Virus record (IMG/VR): IMGVR_UViG_3300012936_000001
Span: 1 to 64,000 of that record
DNA from: a virus
Length of the DNA stretch: 64,000 bases
Strand: one strand, 5' to 3'
Shown here piece by piece: positions 31,701-39,440 of this stretch. A program made the translations under genes and the position numbers. Position 1 is the stretch's first letter. Every line of letters begins with the position of its first letter. The notes under the pieces are model-generated. The model was not told the origin of the DNA and did not search any database. It saw nothing but the letters and a program-made list of their open reading frames with translations.

Positions 31701-34500
31701 AGGTTCCGGATCTATACATCTTTCCGGAGTTGAATACTTTCAGAGTGGATCAATAGAATACAAAACACGCGTCACAAACGCATACCGATATGTTTTTGAT
31801 AATACCGCAATTGTTTTTCCTACGTCTGATTCGGCATCATCTCAATCAGGTCTGAGTTTTTCTCTTGCAAATCAAGCAAAGCCTACAATTAATTTTGCCG
31901 GAGGTGAAGATCATACAAAGGTTTTACACCTTACTTCTTCGGCTGCAATAACAGCAAACTATTTCTTGAGTGGAACCATCACTGCGGGAGCAACTGTTAC
32001 ACATCCCCTAAAATCTGATCTTGTAAATTCGGGCCAGTCAACGTTATCGCCTGTCTTGATGTATAATCTATCAAATAATTCAACCGCTTTGGTTGAAAAT
32101 TTTCGAAGAGAAAACTATAGAATTGTTTCTGGTTCTTATGATACACAGACATCTGTAACCGCAAGTGCAAATGTTTGGGATTCTACGGTTTACATGACAG
32201 CCTCCAATGGAGGACATTCAGATGGTTTGCAATTTTATGATGAAAAATTATTGTCACCCATCAACACAATTAATTCTGGTAATTTCTCTTTATTTTCAAA
32301 CGGACCCAGTCAAAATCCTGATTATTCTGGCCAGACAGGTACGAGAACTTTTATTAGGTGGTTTAAAAACGAGACAGGCAATCCACAAACTGATTTGTCC
32401 TTGGCAATCAATGGATCATCAACAATTGTATCAGATGGCACTTCGTTAACATCTTCTAGAATATCAGTATTATTAAAGTTTCCAGGCACTACTGGATGGA
32501 TGGACCTAGCACTGCCTTACGTCCTAGATTCCATTTCTGACTCTTCCGGGGCCCATATTGATAATTCGATATTAGATTTTGATGATAGTCTCAACGCAAC
32601 CAACTACGTAAATTTTGGTAACGTCGCGATTCCAAATAATCATTACGTAATCATAAAGGTGCTAGCAGATGAATCATGGACAGGAAATATTTCTCAAATT
32701 ACTGTTGATTTTGGTGCCGGAACAGGAACTCTAACAGCCGTTCCAGATCTTGATGATATAGATTCTGATAACACTGGTGCGTCTGCTAATTTATCTTTTG
32801 GATCATTAAAGTCAATATCTGGTTATTCTGATCCGACAACAGGAGCTGGCTTCACGGCAGCCAACCTGAATGATCTTTATCAAGTAAGTGAAAATAGTAA
32901 TAATCTTCGAAGAGCTGTGTTTAATGGATCTCAAACAATGGAAGGAGATCTCAACGAAGATGTAGTTTCTCCTGGAAATGATTTTGTTGCAAACGCTTTT
33001 TCCGACGCAAACAGCGGTAGTATTAAGCTTGAGGTAAACGGTGCCGTAATACATACGTTGGAAATCACCGGCTCACAGTCGTTAGTTGGCTCAGGAGTCC
33101 CAGGATCGGGAACTGGAACTAGTTTAAATAATGATGGATCTGGATTTATTGCTCTGTCTCAGTGGAGTCCTGGATTATTTGATAATGGAGTTCCAAAATT
33201 TTCTGAAATACAAAGAACAGGAAGATATAGAATAACGCCAACAAATCAAAGGCCAGGTTGGAATTACGCACGAGTAATTCACACAGTTGGTGGTTCTGAC
33301 AGAGAAACAAACTACATCGAATGGGTGAATGATTCAGAGGCAACCGCTCTATCTTCTAGTTCTGGACTAAGTGCTTTTGGAGACGATTCTTTCTCCTATA
33401 TAAGCGGAGTTAAATATTTTAACTCACCGTCTGGCTCAATTGAATTGACTGTTGACCATATATATAAAAATGTTTATTCTGATAGTTCTAGTGCCATAGG
33501 CTTTACAAGCCTTACGAACGCAACGGCTATACAAATTGTACAATCAGGCTCCGGATTATCTTCTACAAAAACAACCGCGGCTTCGACTGATTCTCTTCAG
33601 ACGCTGAGCATCAACAACAATTCTCAAAACGAAACTCTTCACATAACTGGCACAATAAACTTTACTCAATCAAAGTCGTTGCCTGGAACATATACCACTG
33701 CTTACGGGTGTGGCGGTGCAATGACGTTTGACCACCCGCTGAAGTCGCCTCATACGTCCGCTACTGTGAACACGACAAATTTACTGGTCTGGACACCTTC
33801 AGATACTTCAAATGCAAATACTAATGAGTACTTTACCGGAGAGTCTTATAGGCTTGTTTCTGCAACATACTCGGCACAATCTGATGTTTCGGGAGGTTCA
33901 TATAACTGGAATTCTCAAAGATCAATAAACGATCAGGCAAGTTATCCAGAACACGCCACCGGTTTGCTGATATACGACACATACTTGATTCCTCCGAAAG
34001 ATGGAGGAGTAAACGGAAATTTTAGAAATCATAAGGAAGCCGGAAGTATAGAGTCACCTTTGGGAAATGTAAACTATACGTCTTTGACAAATACAACAAG
34101 AGATTATTATCGTTCTTTTTTAAATAATACGTCTGATGACAGGCCAAGCGTTCAAATAACATTATACGGAGACGCTACTATAGTAGGACGAGTAGGAGCA
34201 AATTCCGGAACGTTAGGATCAAACAAGAATATATTTGTTGAAGTTGGAATACCAGGAAAAACAGGGTTACTTGATCTAGGAAGGCCTTCGGCTGGATCAG
34301 GAAACTATAATGATGGCGATGGTTCGTTATCCGGAGATCTAACGTCAGCTGTTACAGGAGGAGGCGCAACAAACACCTGTACATTTAATGGTCAAACCGT
34401 TAATGGAACATCTGGAACTGCCGAATACTTAATTATAAGAATATCCGCATCTGAAAACTGGACTGGTTACTTAGATCGGATTGATGTAAGTTGGAGTTAG
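28798..34500 (+). CDS. 1900-aa tail fibre/appendage-like protein with internal repeats
   Basis: Fibre-like short repeats in the N-terminal third and two roughly 570-aa homologous C-terminal units. S/T/G-rich. Confidence 0.7.
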   Translation: MPPKKILSVSNKPNHQYTKAQLEVTDFIVLRKSNNRHIIKIVSPNDYQIGLNQSGFEASLNVIGDITGSTVEAKNEFRGSLTKLTDGTAYLLAGSNITITTGSSGAITIATSTATGTTTNALTISDGLQLNSGTTFDGSAAVTLSADLKSSGGLKIDSGELAIEPADFAGAGLTDDGSDNLAIDISGQTLVSATTSDHVLILDATDGALKKATVATIQAAGATLDIAGLSNTLTESTLATGDLIAVADINASNEVKKITVEDVGQYLASATNSGIGESSGKLKIDANDLATSSNINVAADSIIFVDADDNVSYKDSIADLVTGIAGTVTATGLASSSGTLVLDITNQSSVGSLSNSDEIIIYDVDAAALKKTTIADVQSASAAPTTAQYIVLTTDSTLSNERVLTAGDGLDLADGGAGSSATLAVDVTDFIDTSYGLTESSNNIRLNLKSSAGLKFDSGALSIEPNDFAGTGLQDDGADNLAVVYGTSASSAAKGSNTISVNAGDGLSGGGTMTIGHTSDSVTLNIRPSDFAGTGTSVFNSNISTYIQGGSNITVTTGSDNQLVIAATSGGGGSSIGSMSSFTVTADSGVNQVIEDSNTLRISGGTGITTAVSATDTITATINDSVVATLTGSQFSGNIGVTGSIEATSHISGSVISGSVIIGQALSGSLTKLQSGGDYLIAGSNITISTGSSGAITIASLDGGTIGVAEDGTYEDGIFTDFVATTPTGTAIDRFNELFKLMAPAPAPDLDNFDVDTPDGITAFLSFGASNNQFFATPSYASSSAEAGFSAVDVNGSYAPGTSGTNIRKGIYTGTDIISGTLNEDVAIAQHNSGVTNHVANAFGNANEGTLRLHVNGVVVHSVDLSLASAGTGVPGSGTGTQLNSNASGFVTLSQTGSAVQSTGVDFDTFQHRTGQFQVGTADQRNGWNYAQVVHDKGGTSVTTNYVEWINDSNSDVLAAAGNSISFEGSGSIHLSGVEYFQSGSIEYKTRVTNAYRYVFDNTAIVFPTSDSASSQSGLSFSLANQAKPTINFAGGEDHTKVLHLTSSAAITANYFLSGTITAGATVTHPLKSDLVNSGQSTLSPVLMYNLSNNSTALVENFRRENYRIVSGSYDTQTSVTASANVWDSTVYMTASNGGHSDGLQFYDEKLLSPINTINSGNFSLFSNGPSQNPDYSGQTGTRTFIRWFKNETGNPQTDLSLAINGSSTIVSDGTSLTSSRISVLLKFPGTTGWMDLALPYVLDSISDSSGAHIDNSILDFDDSLNATNYVNFGNVAIPNNHYVIIKVLADESWTGNISQITVDFGAGTGTLTAVPDLDDIDSDNTGASANLSFGSLKSISGYSDPTTGAGFTAANLNDLYQVSENSNNLRRAVFNGSQTMEGDLNEDVVSPGNDFVANAFSDANSGSIKLEVNGAVIHTLEITGSQSLVGSGVPGSGTGTSLNNDGSGFIALSQWSPGLFDNGVPKFSEIQRTGRYRITPTNQRPGWNYARVIHTVGGSDRETNYIEWVNDSEATALSSSSGLSAFGDDSFSYISGVKYFNSPSGSIELTVDHIYKNVYSDSSSAIGFTSLTNATAIQIVQSGSGLSSTKTTAASTDSLQTLSINNNSQNETLHITGTINFTQSKSLPGTYTTAYGCGGAMTFDHPLKSPHTSATVNTTNLLVWTPSDTSNANTNEYFTGESYRLVSATYSAQSDVSGGSYNWNSQRSINDQASYPEHATGLLIYDTYLIPPKDGGVNGNFRNHKEAGSIESPLGNVNYTSLTNTTRDYYRSFLNNTSDDRPSVQITLYGDATIVGRVGANSGTLGSNKNIFVEVGIPGKTGLLDLGRPSAGSGNYNDGDGSLSGDLTSAVTGGGATNTCTFNGQTVNGTSGTAEYLIIRISASENWTGYLDRIDVSWS

Positions 34501-34507
34501 TTTTAAT

Positions 34508-35698
34508 ATGGCTGGTAAAAGTAATACATCAGCAACCTTCTTTGCACAAAAGAAGCTACTGGGAAAGGCTCATACCTCGAATCTGAAGGTCGATGGTGAA
34601 GAAGTCATTGGTTCAAATATCCAGGCGGCAACCAATTTGCTATTTGGGGAATCAATTCCGACGTCGCCAACTCTCACACTCAACACTGTGCAATCAGCAT
34701 CCAATGGTGCCCCGGCAACAGTAGAATATATACAATTCGACTTGGTAGAATATCCAGGCACAAGATACGATGCGAATGCTACGGGAGGTGGTTCAGGTAC
34801 TGACTCCGGAGAATCTTCACAAATATCAGGACCTCATACTTATCAATTCAGGTTACCGTCCAATTATGAAAGCGCTAGTAATAATTCTAGAGCTGGAAAC
34901 GGAGTATTCGATAACAGTAAAATAGTCCATGAAACCCTAGGCTCTCTTCAACTAATTCCTCCTTTCTTTTCTAGAGATGCGCCAAATCCTTATATTGTCA
35001 AGATATATAAAGACAACGGCAGTGGCGGCCTCGGAGATGAAATACCATTATTAGATAACATTGACTGGAATGTAGACTTTTATAACGGCATCCTTTTCCT
35101 TCAAGATTATGTTGCTAGTAAAGTTCCTGCTTTTGCGAAAGCTTTTGCTTACGTAGGTAAAATGGCAGAAGAAGTCATTACTTCTGGATCTGGAGGGGGT
35201 GGCGGTGGAACCCCTGGTGGTTCAAATACGCAAATACAATTTAATGATTCTAATTCTTTTGCGGGAGATAGCAATCTTACGTTCAACAAAACAACGGATA
35301 CGTTATCAACTGTAAATCTTTCTGGTTCATTGACTAAACTTTCCGATGGTTCTTCGTATTTGATAGCAGGGAATAATATAACAATTACTTCTGCCTCGAA
35401 CGGTTCTGTTACAATCGCCTCTTCTGCTGGTGATTCAAACGGAAATTTGGTTTTCAACGAATATGTTGGAATGGGAAATGGCTCGAACACTTTGTTTTCA
35501 TTAGACAATACTCCAACTACAAATAACAATGTTTCTATATTCGTTAATGGTCTTTTGCAGATGCCGGCAACCTCTCTCACGGGCGCTCCATTCCAGGATT
35601 ATTCAGTAACCGGCTCTTTAGTTTATTTTACAACATCATCTCTCCCAGACGAAGGTAGCATAGTTATGGCAAATTATACGACAAATGATGCAATTTAA
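34508..35698 (+). CDS. Tail fibre-associated structural protein
   Basis: GGSNTQIQFND...FAGDSNLTF fibre motif, the shared GSLTKL module, and a C-terminal VNGLLQ..DY domain. Confidence 0.65.
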   Translation: MAGKSNTSATFFAQKKLLGKAHTSNLKVDGEEVIGSNIQAATNLLFGESIPTSPTLTLNTVQSASNGAPATVEYIQFDLVEYPGTRYDANATGGGSGTDSGESSQISGPHTYQFRLPSNYESASNNSRAGNGVFDNSKIVHETLGSLQLIPPFFSRDAPNPYIVKIYKDNGSGGLGDEIPLLDNIDWNVDFYNGILFLQDYVASKVPAFAKAFAYVGKMAEEVITSGSGGGGGGTPGGSNTQIQFNDSNSFAGDSNLTFNKTTDTLSTVNLSGSLTKLSDGSSYLIAGNNITITSASNGSVTIASSAGDSNGNLVFNEYVGMGNGSNTLFSLDNTPTTNNNVSIFVNGLLQMPATSLTGAPFQDYSVTGSLVYFTTSSLPDEGSIVMANYTTNDAI

Positions 35699-35747
35699 AT
35701 TGTTGTAATTCTAGGCATCAATTTAAGGTTTCAAACTTTTTTACAAC

Positions 35748-35754
35748 ATATTTA
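35748..35754 (+). promoter_or_regulatory. Candidate late promoter ATATTTA
   Basis: 20 nt before ATG 35775. Confidence 0.5.
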
Positions 35755-35774
35755 AGAATATGACAGGAAATAAT

Positions 35775-35990
35775 ATGTACAAAACATCCGATTTATCAAT
35801 TGCCGCTTTCCTAATGATGAAAGGAATGTCTCTCATCAACGCATACAGGATGCAAAGCGGCCAGTTTATGTTTGAGTTTAATGACCCTGATCAAAAAGGA
35901 GTCCAGTTCGCAATTGAGTTTGCTTCTTCGGAGTGCGCAACCTACGATAATCACGTCCGAAATTTAAAGAAAATTTTATATCGAAATTAA
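35775..35990 (+). CDS. DUF5659-like small protein
   Basis: YKTSDLSIAAFLMMKG..L.......FMFEF pattern. AGGA SD favours the start at 35775. Confidence 0.65.
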   Translation: MYKTSDLSIAAFLMMKGMSLINAYRMQSGQFMFEFNDPDQKGVQFAIEFASSECATYDNHVRNLKKILYRN

Positions 35991-36012
35991 ATTTAAGTTT
36001 GAGACAGACGTT

Positions 36013-36019
36013 ATACTTA
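36013..36019 (+). promoter_or_regulatory. Candidate late promoter ATACTTA
   Basis: In the intergenic gap, 73 nt before ATG 36093. Confidence 0.45.
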
Positions 36020-36092
36020 TAGACAAGTTCAGTCAGTTCAGCTCCGGTTGGTTTCTTAAAAGTATTTCAATTATAGCCACAAGGAGAAAATA

Positions 36093-37913
36093 ATGGCAAT
36101 AAAAACACAAATCAGATTAGCACAGCTTACCGGATCTATTGACGACGGTTCTGCAGCTAACGATCCAACGTCAACCAATAAGTCACTTGCTGCAGATAGT
36201 TTGCAAGGTGTTCTTGATGCGGTTGGTGCTGGACTTCAAAAAATTCACGGCGCGGCTTCTTTTAACTTGGCTTCTGCTGGTGAATTCTCACACTCAATCA
36301 CACCAAACGCTGCTAGCAGTGAAATTGCTCTTGGTTCTGCCTCTAAAGAATGGGCTGATCTATACCTTGGTGACGGCGCTGTTATCAACTTGGGTGATGA
36401 TCAAGATGTAACACTTACTCACGTTGCGGACACTGGAATTTTGTTAAACAGCACTAGAGCGATTGCGTTTTCAGACGGAAACTCTGCTATTTCTAATCCA
36501 GGCGCTGGTCTCAAACTTGAAGATCACGCTGTAATTGAGGTTGAGGCTGCAACATCAATCCAGCTGGACTCACCAATCGTCGACTTTGAAGACGACGGAG
36601 TTGCTTTACAATTTGGCGACGGTGACGATGTTGTATTGACACACATCCATGACGTTGGACTTCGTTTGACTGGTGGAGCATCTGGACAACACCCTAAGTT
36701 GCAGTTGAGAGATAGTGATATCGCTCTTGAAAGTACTGCTGACGGCGAAGTTGGATTGCAGGCAGATCTTAATGTAAACATTGGTACACGAGCTTCTGGG
36801 GTTGCGATTGCAATTGGTCACGGAACATCTGAAGTTACTGTTGGCGATAACCTTACTGTTGAAGGTGATTTGACTGTAAACGGTACTACCACAACTGTTA
36901 ATTCAGCAAACTTGACTATTGATGATGCTATCATTCTTTTGGGACAAGGAAACAATGCAAACCTCAAAGACTTGGGTATGATTCTTGAGCGCGGCGGAAA
37001 CAACGTTGCTCTTTTCCTCGATGAAACAGATGACGTTTTCAAACTCGGGTTTACTGCTGAAACAGCAAGTGATGACGAAATCACCGTTGCTGATGGAGCT
37101 TTGACAACACAAGTTGACAAACTTCAGATTACTGGATCTGCTCACTTTATCTCTTTTGAGAACAGAGGCGGTGGTGACACTTTCAATATCAAATCTTCCG
37201 GAGACTTCTTTTTTGATGCTGACGGCGGAAAAATAATGTATACAGATCTTAGTGCACAAACGACTAACGCCGTTGCCTATGTTCTTGATATGGGAACTGA
37301 TCAGCAGGCAAAATTCAAAGATGGCAATGAGTCAATTGACTTCTTCACCTTGGATTCTGCAAACTCAAGAATGGATATTGATAGCACTATTCGTATCGCA
37401 AACGGTGGTTCCTCTACCGGTGGAACAATCACATTCCTCGAAGATTCAGACAACGGAACAAACTTTTCTGTGTTGCGAGGACCAAGACAGCTAGCTGACG
37501 ACAATACGGTTTTTGAACTTCCTGCAGATAACGGTATAAGCGGATATGTTCTCCAGACCGATGGATCTGGTCTTACTTCCTGGGTTGCAAAAGGTTCTGC
37601 TGGAAACTCGGTCAAGACTTATGCAACAATTCAAGCCGCGGTTGCTGCAGACGCAAACCTCTCGTCAGACGGTGGTTACTCTGTAACAAACTTCAGTGCA
37701 ATCTCTACAGAGAACGCTGCAAAAGCTATTGACGTATACGTAAATGGCCAATTGTTGCAGTCAGGATCTGGTCCATATACGACAGATGTATCTGCTGGTA
37801 GTTTTACTTCCGGTGATTACCTTGCAAAGACTCTTACAATGAACGCGTTGGATATCAAGTTTGCTTTTGCTCTTGAAGCTGATGATGTTGTTTGTATTAT
37901 TGGTCGTGCATAA
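36093..37913 (+). CDS. Fibre/whisker-like structural protein
   Basis: GDLTVNGTTTTVNS..LTIDD.II.L fibre motif, duplicated GDDQDVTLTHVADTG/GDGDDVVLTHIHDVG, LPADNG..GYVLQTDGSG..SW, and a strong AAGGAG SD. Confidence 0.7.
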   Translation: MAIKTQIRLAQLTGSIDDGSAANDPTSTNKSLAADSLQGVLDAVGAGLQKIHGAASFNLASAGEFSHSITPNAASSEIALGSASKEWADLYLGDGAVINLGDDQDVTLTHVADTGILLNSTRAIAFSDGNSAISNPGAGLKLEDHAVIEVEAATSIQLDSPIVDFEDDGVALQFGDGDDVVLTHIHDVGLRLTGGASGQHPKLQLRDSDIALESTADGEVGLQADLNVNIGTRASGVAIAIGHGTSEVTVGDNLTVEGDLTVNGTTTTVNSANLTIDDAIILLGQGNNANLKDLGMILERGGNNVALFLDETDDVFKLGFTAETASDDEITVADGALTTQVDKLQITGSAHFISFENRGGGDTFNIKSSGDFFFDADGGKIMYTDLSAQTTNAVAYVLDMGTDQQAKFKDGNESIDFFTLDSANSRMDIDSTIRIANGGSSTGGTITFLEDSDNGTNFSVLRGPRQLADDNTVFELPADNGISGYVLQTDGSGLTSWVAKGSAGNSVKTYATIQAAVAADANLSSDGGYSVTNFSAISTENAAKAIDVYVNGQLLQSGSGPYTTDVSAGSFTSGDYLAKTLTMNALDIKFAFALEADDVVCIIGRA

Positions 37914-37936
37914 TATAAAATAGGTACTAAATACCG

Positions 37937-37969
37937 GGTCGGCATTTACATGCCGACCTTTTTTGTTTT
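37937..37969 (+). terminator. Rho-independent terminator
   Basis: Stem GGTCGGCAT / loop TTAC / ATGCCGACC followed by TTTTTTGTTTT. Confidence 0.9.
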
Positions 37970-38001
37970 AATTAGAGTGAACACAACAAAAGGAGATAAA
38001 C

Positions 38002-38373
38002 ATGCCTGACGTTACCAAGTCTGTTTTACAAAAAGAGATACGCCAATGCGATCAAGATTTGTCTGAGCACAACGATGCTTCGAAACTTATCACAAAGATA
38101 AAATCTGAAGTTACAAAACTAATAAAATCATCGATTCAATCTGCCAATAGTACTAGTTCGATAGACGAAAGATTAAAATGCCTAATCGATGGTCTTCAAG
38201 CTATTATGAATTTTGTTGAAGAATCTGAAAGGCTTCATCTTTTGAAATATGATCAAATCACAGCCAATGCTCAGTTACTAAGAGAGATTCTACAAAAAGT
38301 CGATAAAAAAATCGAAGAGGAAAAAAAAGACAATAAGTCTAATAAACCAGAACAAGGGCCAAAGGATATTTAA
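38002..38373 (+). CDS. Helical hypothetical protein (possible +1-frame extension to 38467)
   Basis: AAGGAG SD, coiled-coil-like. The +1 frame stays open to 38467. Confidence 0.65.
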   Translation: MPDVTKSVLQKEIRQCDQDLSEHNDASKLITKIKSEVTKLIKSSIQSANSTSSIDERLKCLIDGLQAIMNFVEESERLHLLKYDQITANAQLLREILQKVDKKIEEEKKDNKSNKPEQGPKDI

Positions 38374-38463
38374 AACCAGACAAAAAGTTGGAGAAAGACC
38401 GATATCCTTGAAGGAACAGAGGAGATTGAAAAAGAAACTTCTCGAGACAAAAGGGTCAACAAC

Positions 38464-38470
38464 ATAATTA
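38464..38470 (+). promoter_or_regulatory. Candidate late promoter ATAATTA
   Basis: 16 nt before ATG 38487. Confidence 0.5.
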
Positions 38471-38486
38471 GTATCTGGAGAATGTT

Positions 38487-39440
38487 ATGGCAGGTATACT
38501 AGACCCTAAACAAAGAATATTTGATATAATTTTGACTACTCATGGAAGGGCAAAAATAAAAGACGGAAATTTTGATATAAAATATATCAGTTTTTCCGAT
38601 TCTTGTGTTGACTATAAACCGGACAGAAGTCTAGATGAGCCGGACCAGGATATAAAAAATAACTTGGTCCAACCGGATGGATTACAACTAGAGGCTTTTT
38701 CATCTTCAAGAGATATACTCTTTCCGGAAATTGATAGAAATGGCGGTAATACATCTCTGGACGCAAGAATAGATAATTCTTTTACGATAAGAAAAAATAA
38801 AATATATAAAAAATTAGGTCAATCTAAAACAATTGATCGTTTTCTCTTAGTCACAGGATCTGTCGATCTTTTTTCTTCGTCTGTTTCTTTAACAGAAAAA
38901 GCGCTGAACAATTATAAAGATCTTCAGTTAGTAAGATCGAAAGAGAATAACAGCAATCTTTCGCTATCTATGAACGAGGTTATTTTCGATCAAAAATTTT
39001 CTAATGTTGCAGATTTTAAGCTTGAGTCTTTAGATCCCATTACATTGGATACTAGATTTTCCAATTCTTTAAGATTAGATTATCTTCCTCCGGTAGTAAA
39101 CGACCAAGGAACAATGAAAAATATAGGGATTTTTCCAAAGTATACGGAAGAAATAACTGATCAATATTCAAACTACATTGATGAACAGTCAAAAATCTGG
39201 CAAAATCAAACCGTTAAATTTTACAAATCAAAGCTTACAACGCTAGATATATTTGGTCAAGTTTTTGAAGTAGCAGGTTCAGAAGTAAAAAAACTAGTTA
39301 TTGCAGAGATCGGGCCTCTATATGAAAGAAATATCCCCGTAGGAAAGCTATTCTATTTGGGCCATATTTTTCGAGACAAATATGATATTCCTAAGTTTGT
39401 CAGATTATTCACTTTAGTTACGAGGACGAAGAATGTCTAG
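38487..39440 (+). CDS. Virion structural protein; N-terminus paralogous to 46288..46935
   Basis: MAGILD...DIILTTHGRAKIKDGNFDIKYISFSDSCVDY. Confidence 0.6.
   Translation: MAGILDPKQRIFDIILTTHGRAKIKDGNFDIKYISFSDSCVDYKPDRSLDEPDQDIKNNLVQPDGLQLEAFSSSRDILFPEIDRNGGNTSLDARIDNSFTIRKNKIYKKLGQSKTIDRFLLVTGSVDLFSSSVSLTEKALNNYKDLQLVRSKENNSNLSLSMNEVIFDQKFSNVADFKLESLDPITLDTRFSNSLRLDYLPPVVNDQGTMKNIGIFPKYTEEITDQYSNYIDEQSKIWQNQTVKFYKSKLTTLDIFGQVFEVAGSEVKKLVIAEIGPLYERNIPVGKLFYLGHIFRDKYDIPKFVRLFTLVTRTKNV

Noticed and set aside
28798-37913. Diversity-generating retroelement or invertible fibre cassette
   Set aside because: The repeats are diverged at the DNA level without adenine-specific differences. No reverse transcriptase or invertase is in the window.
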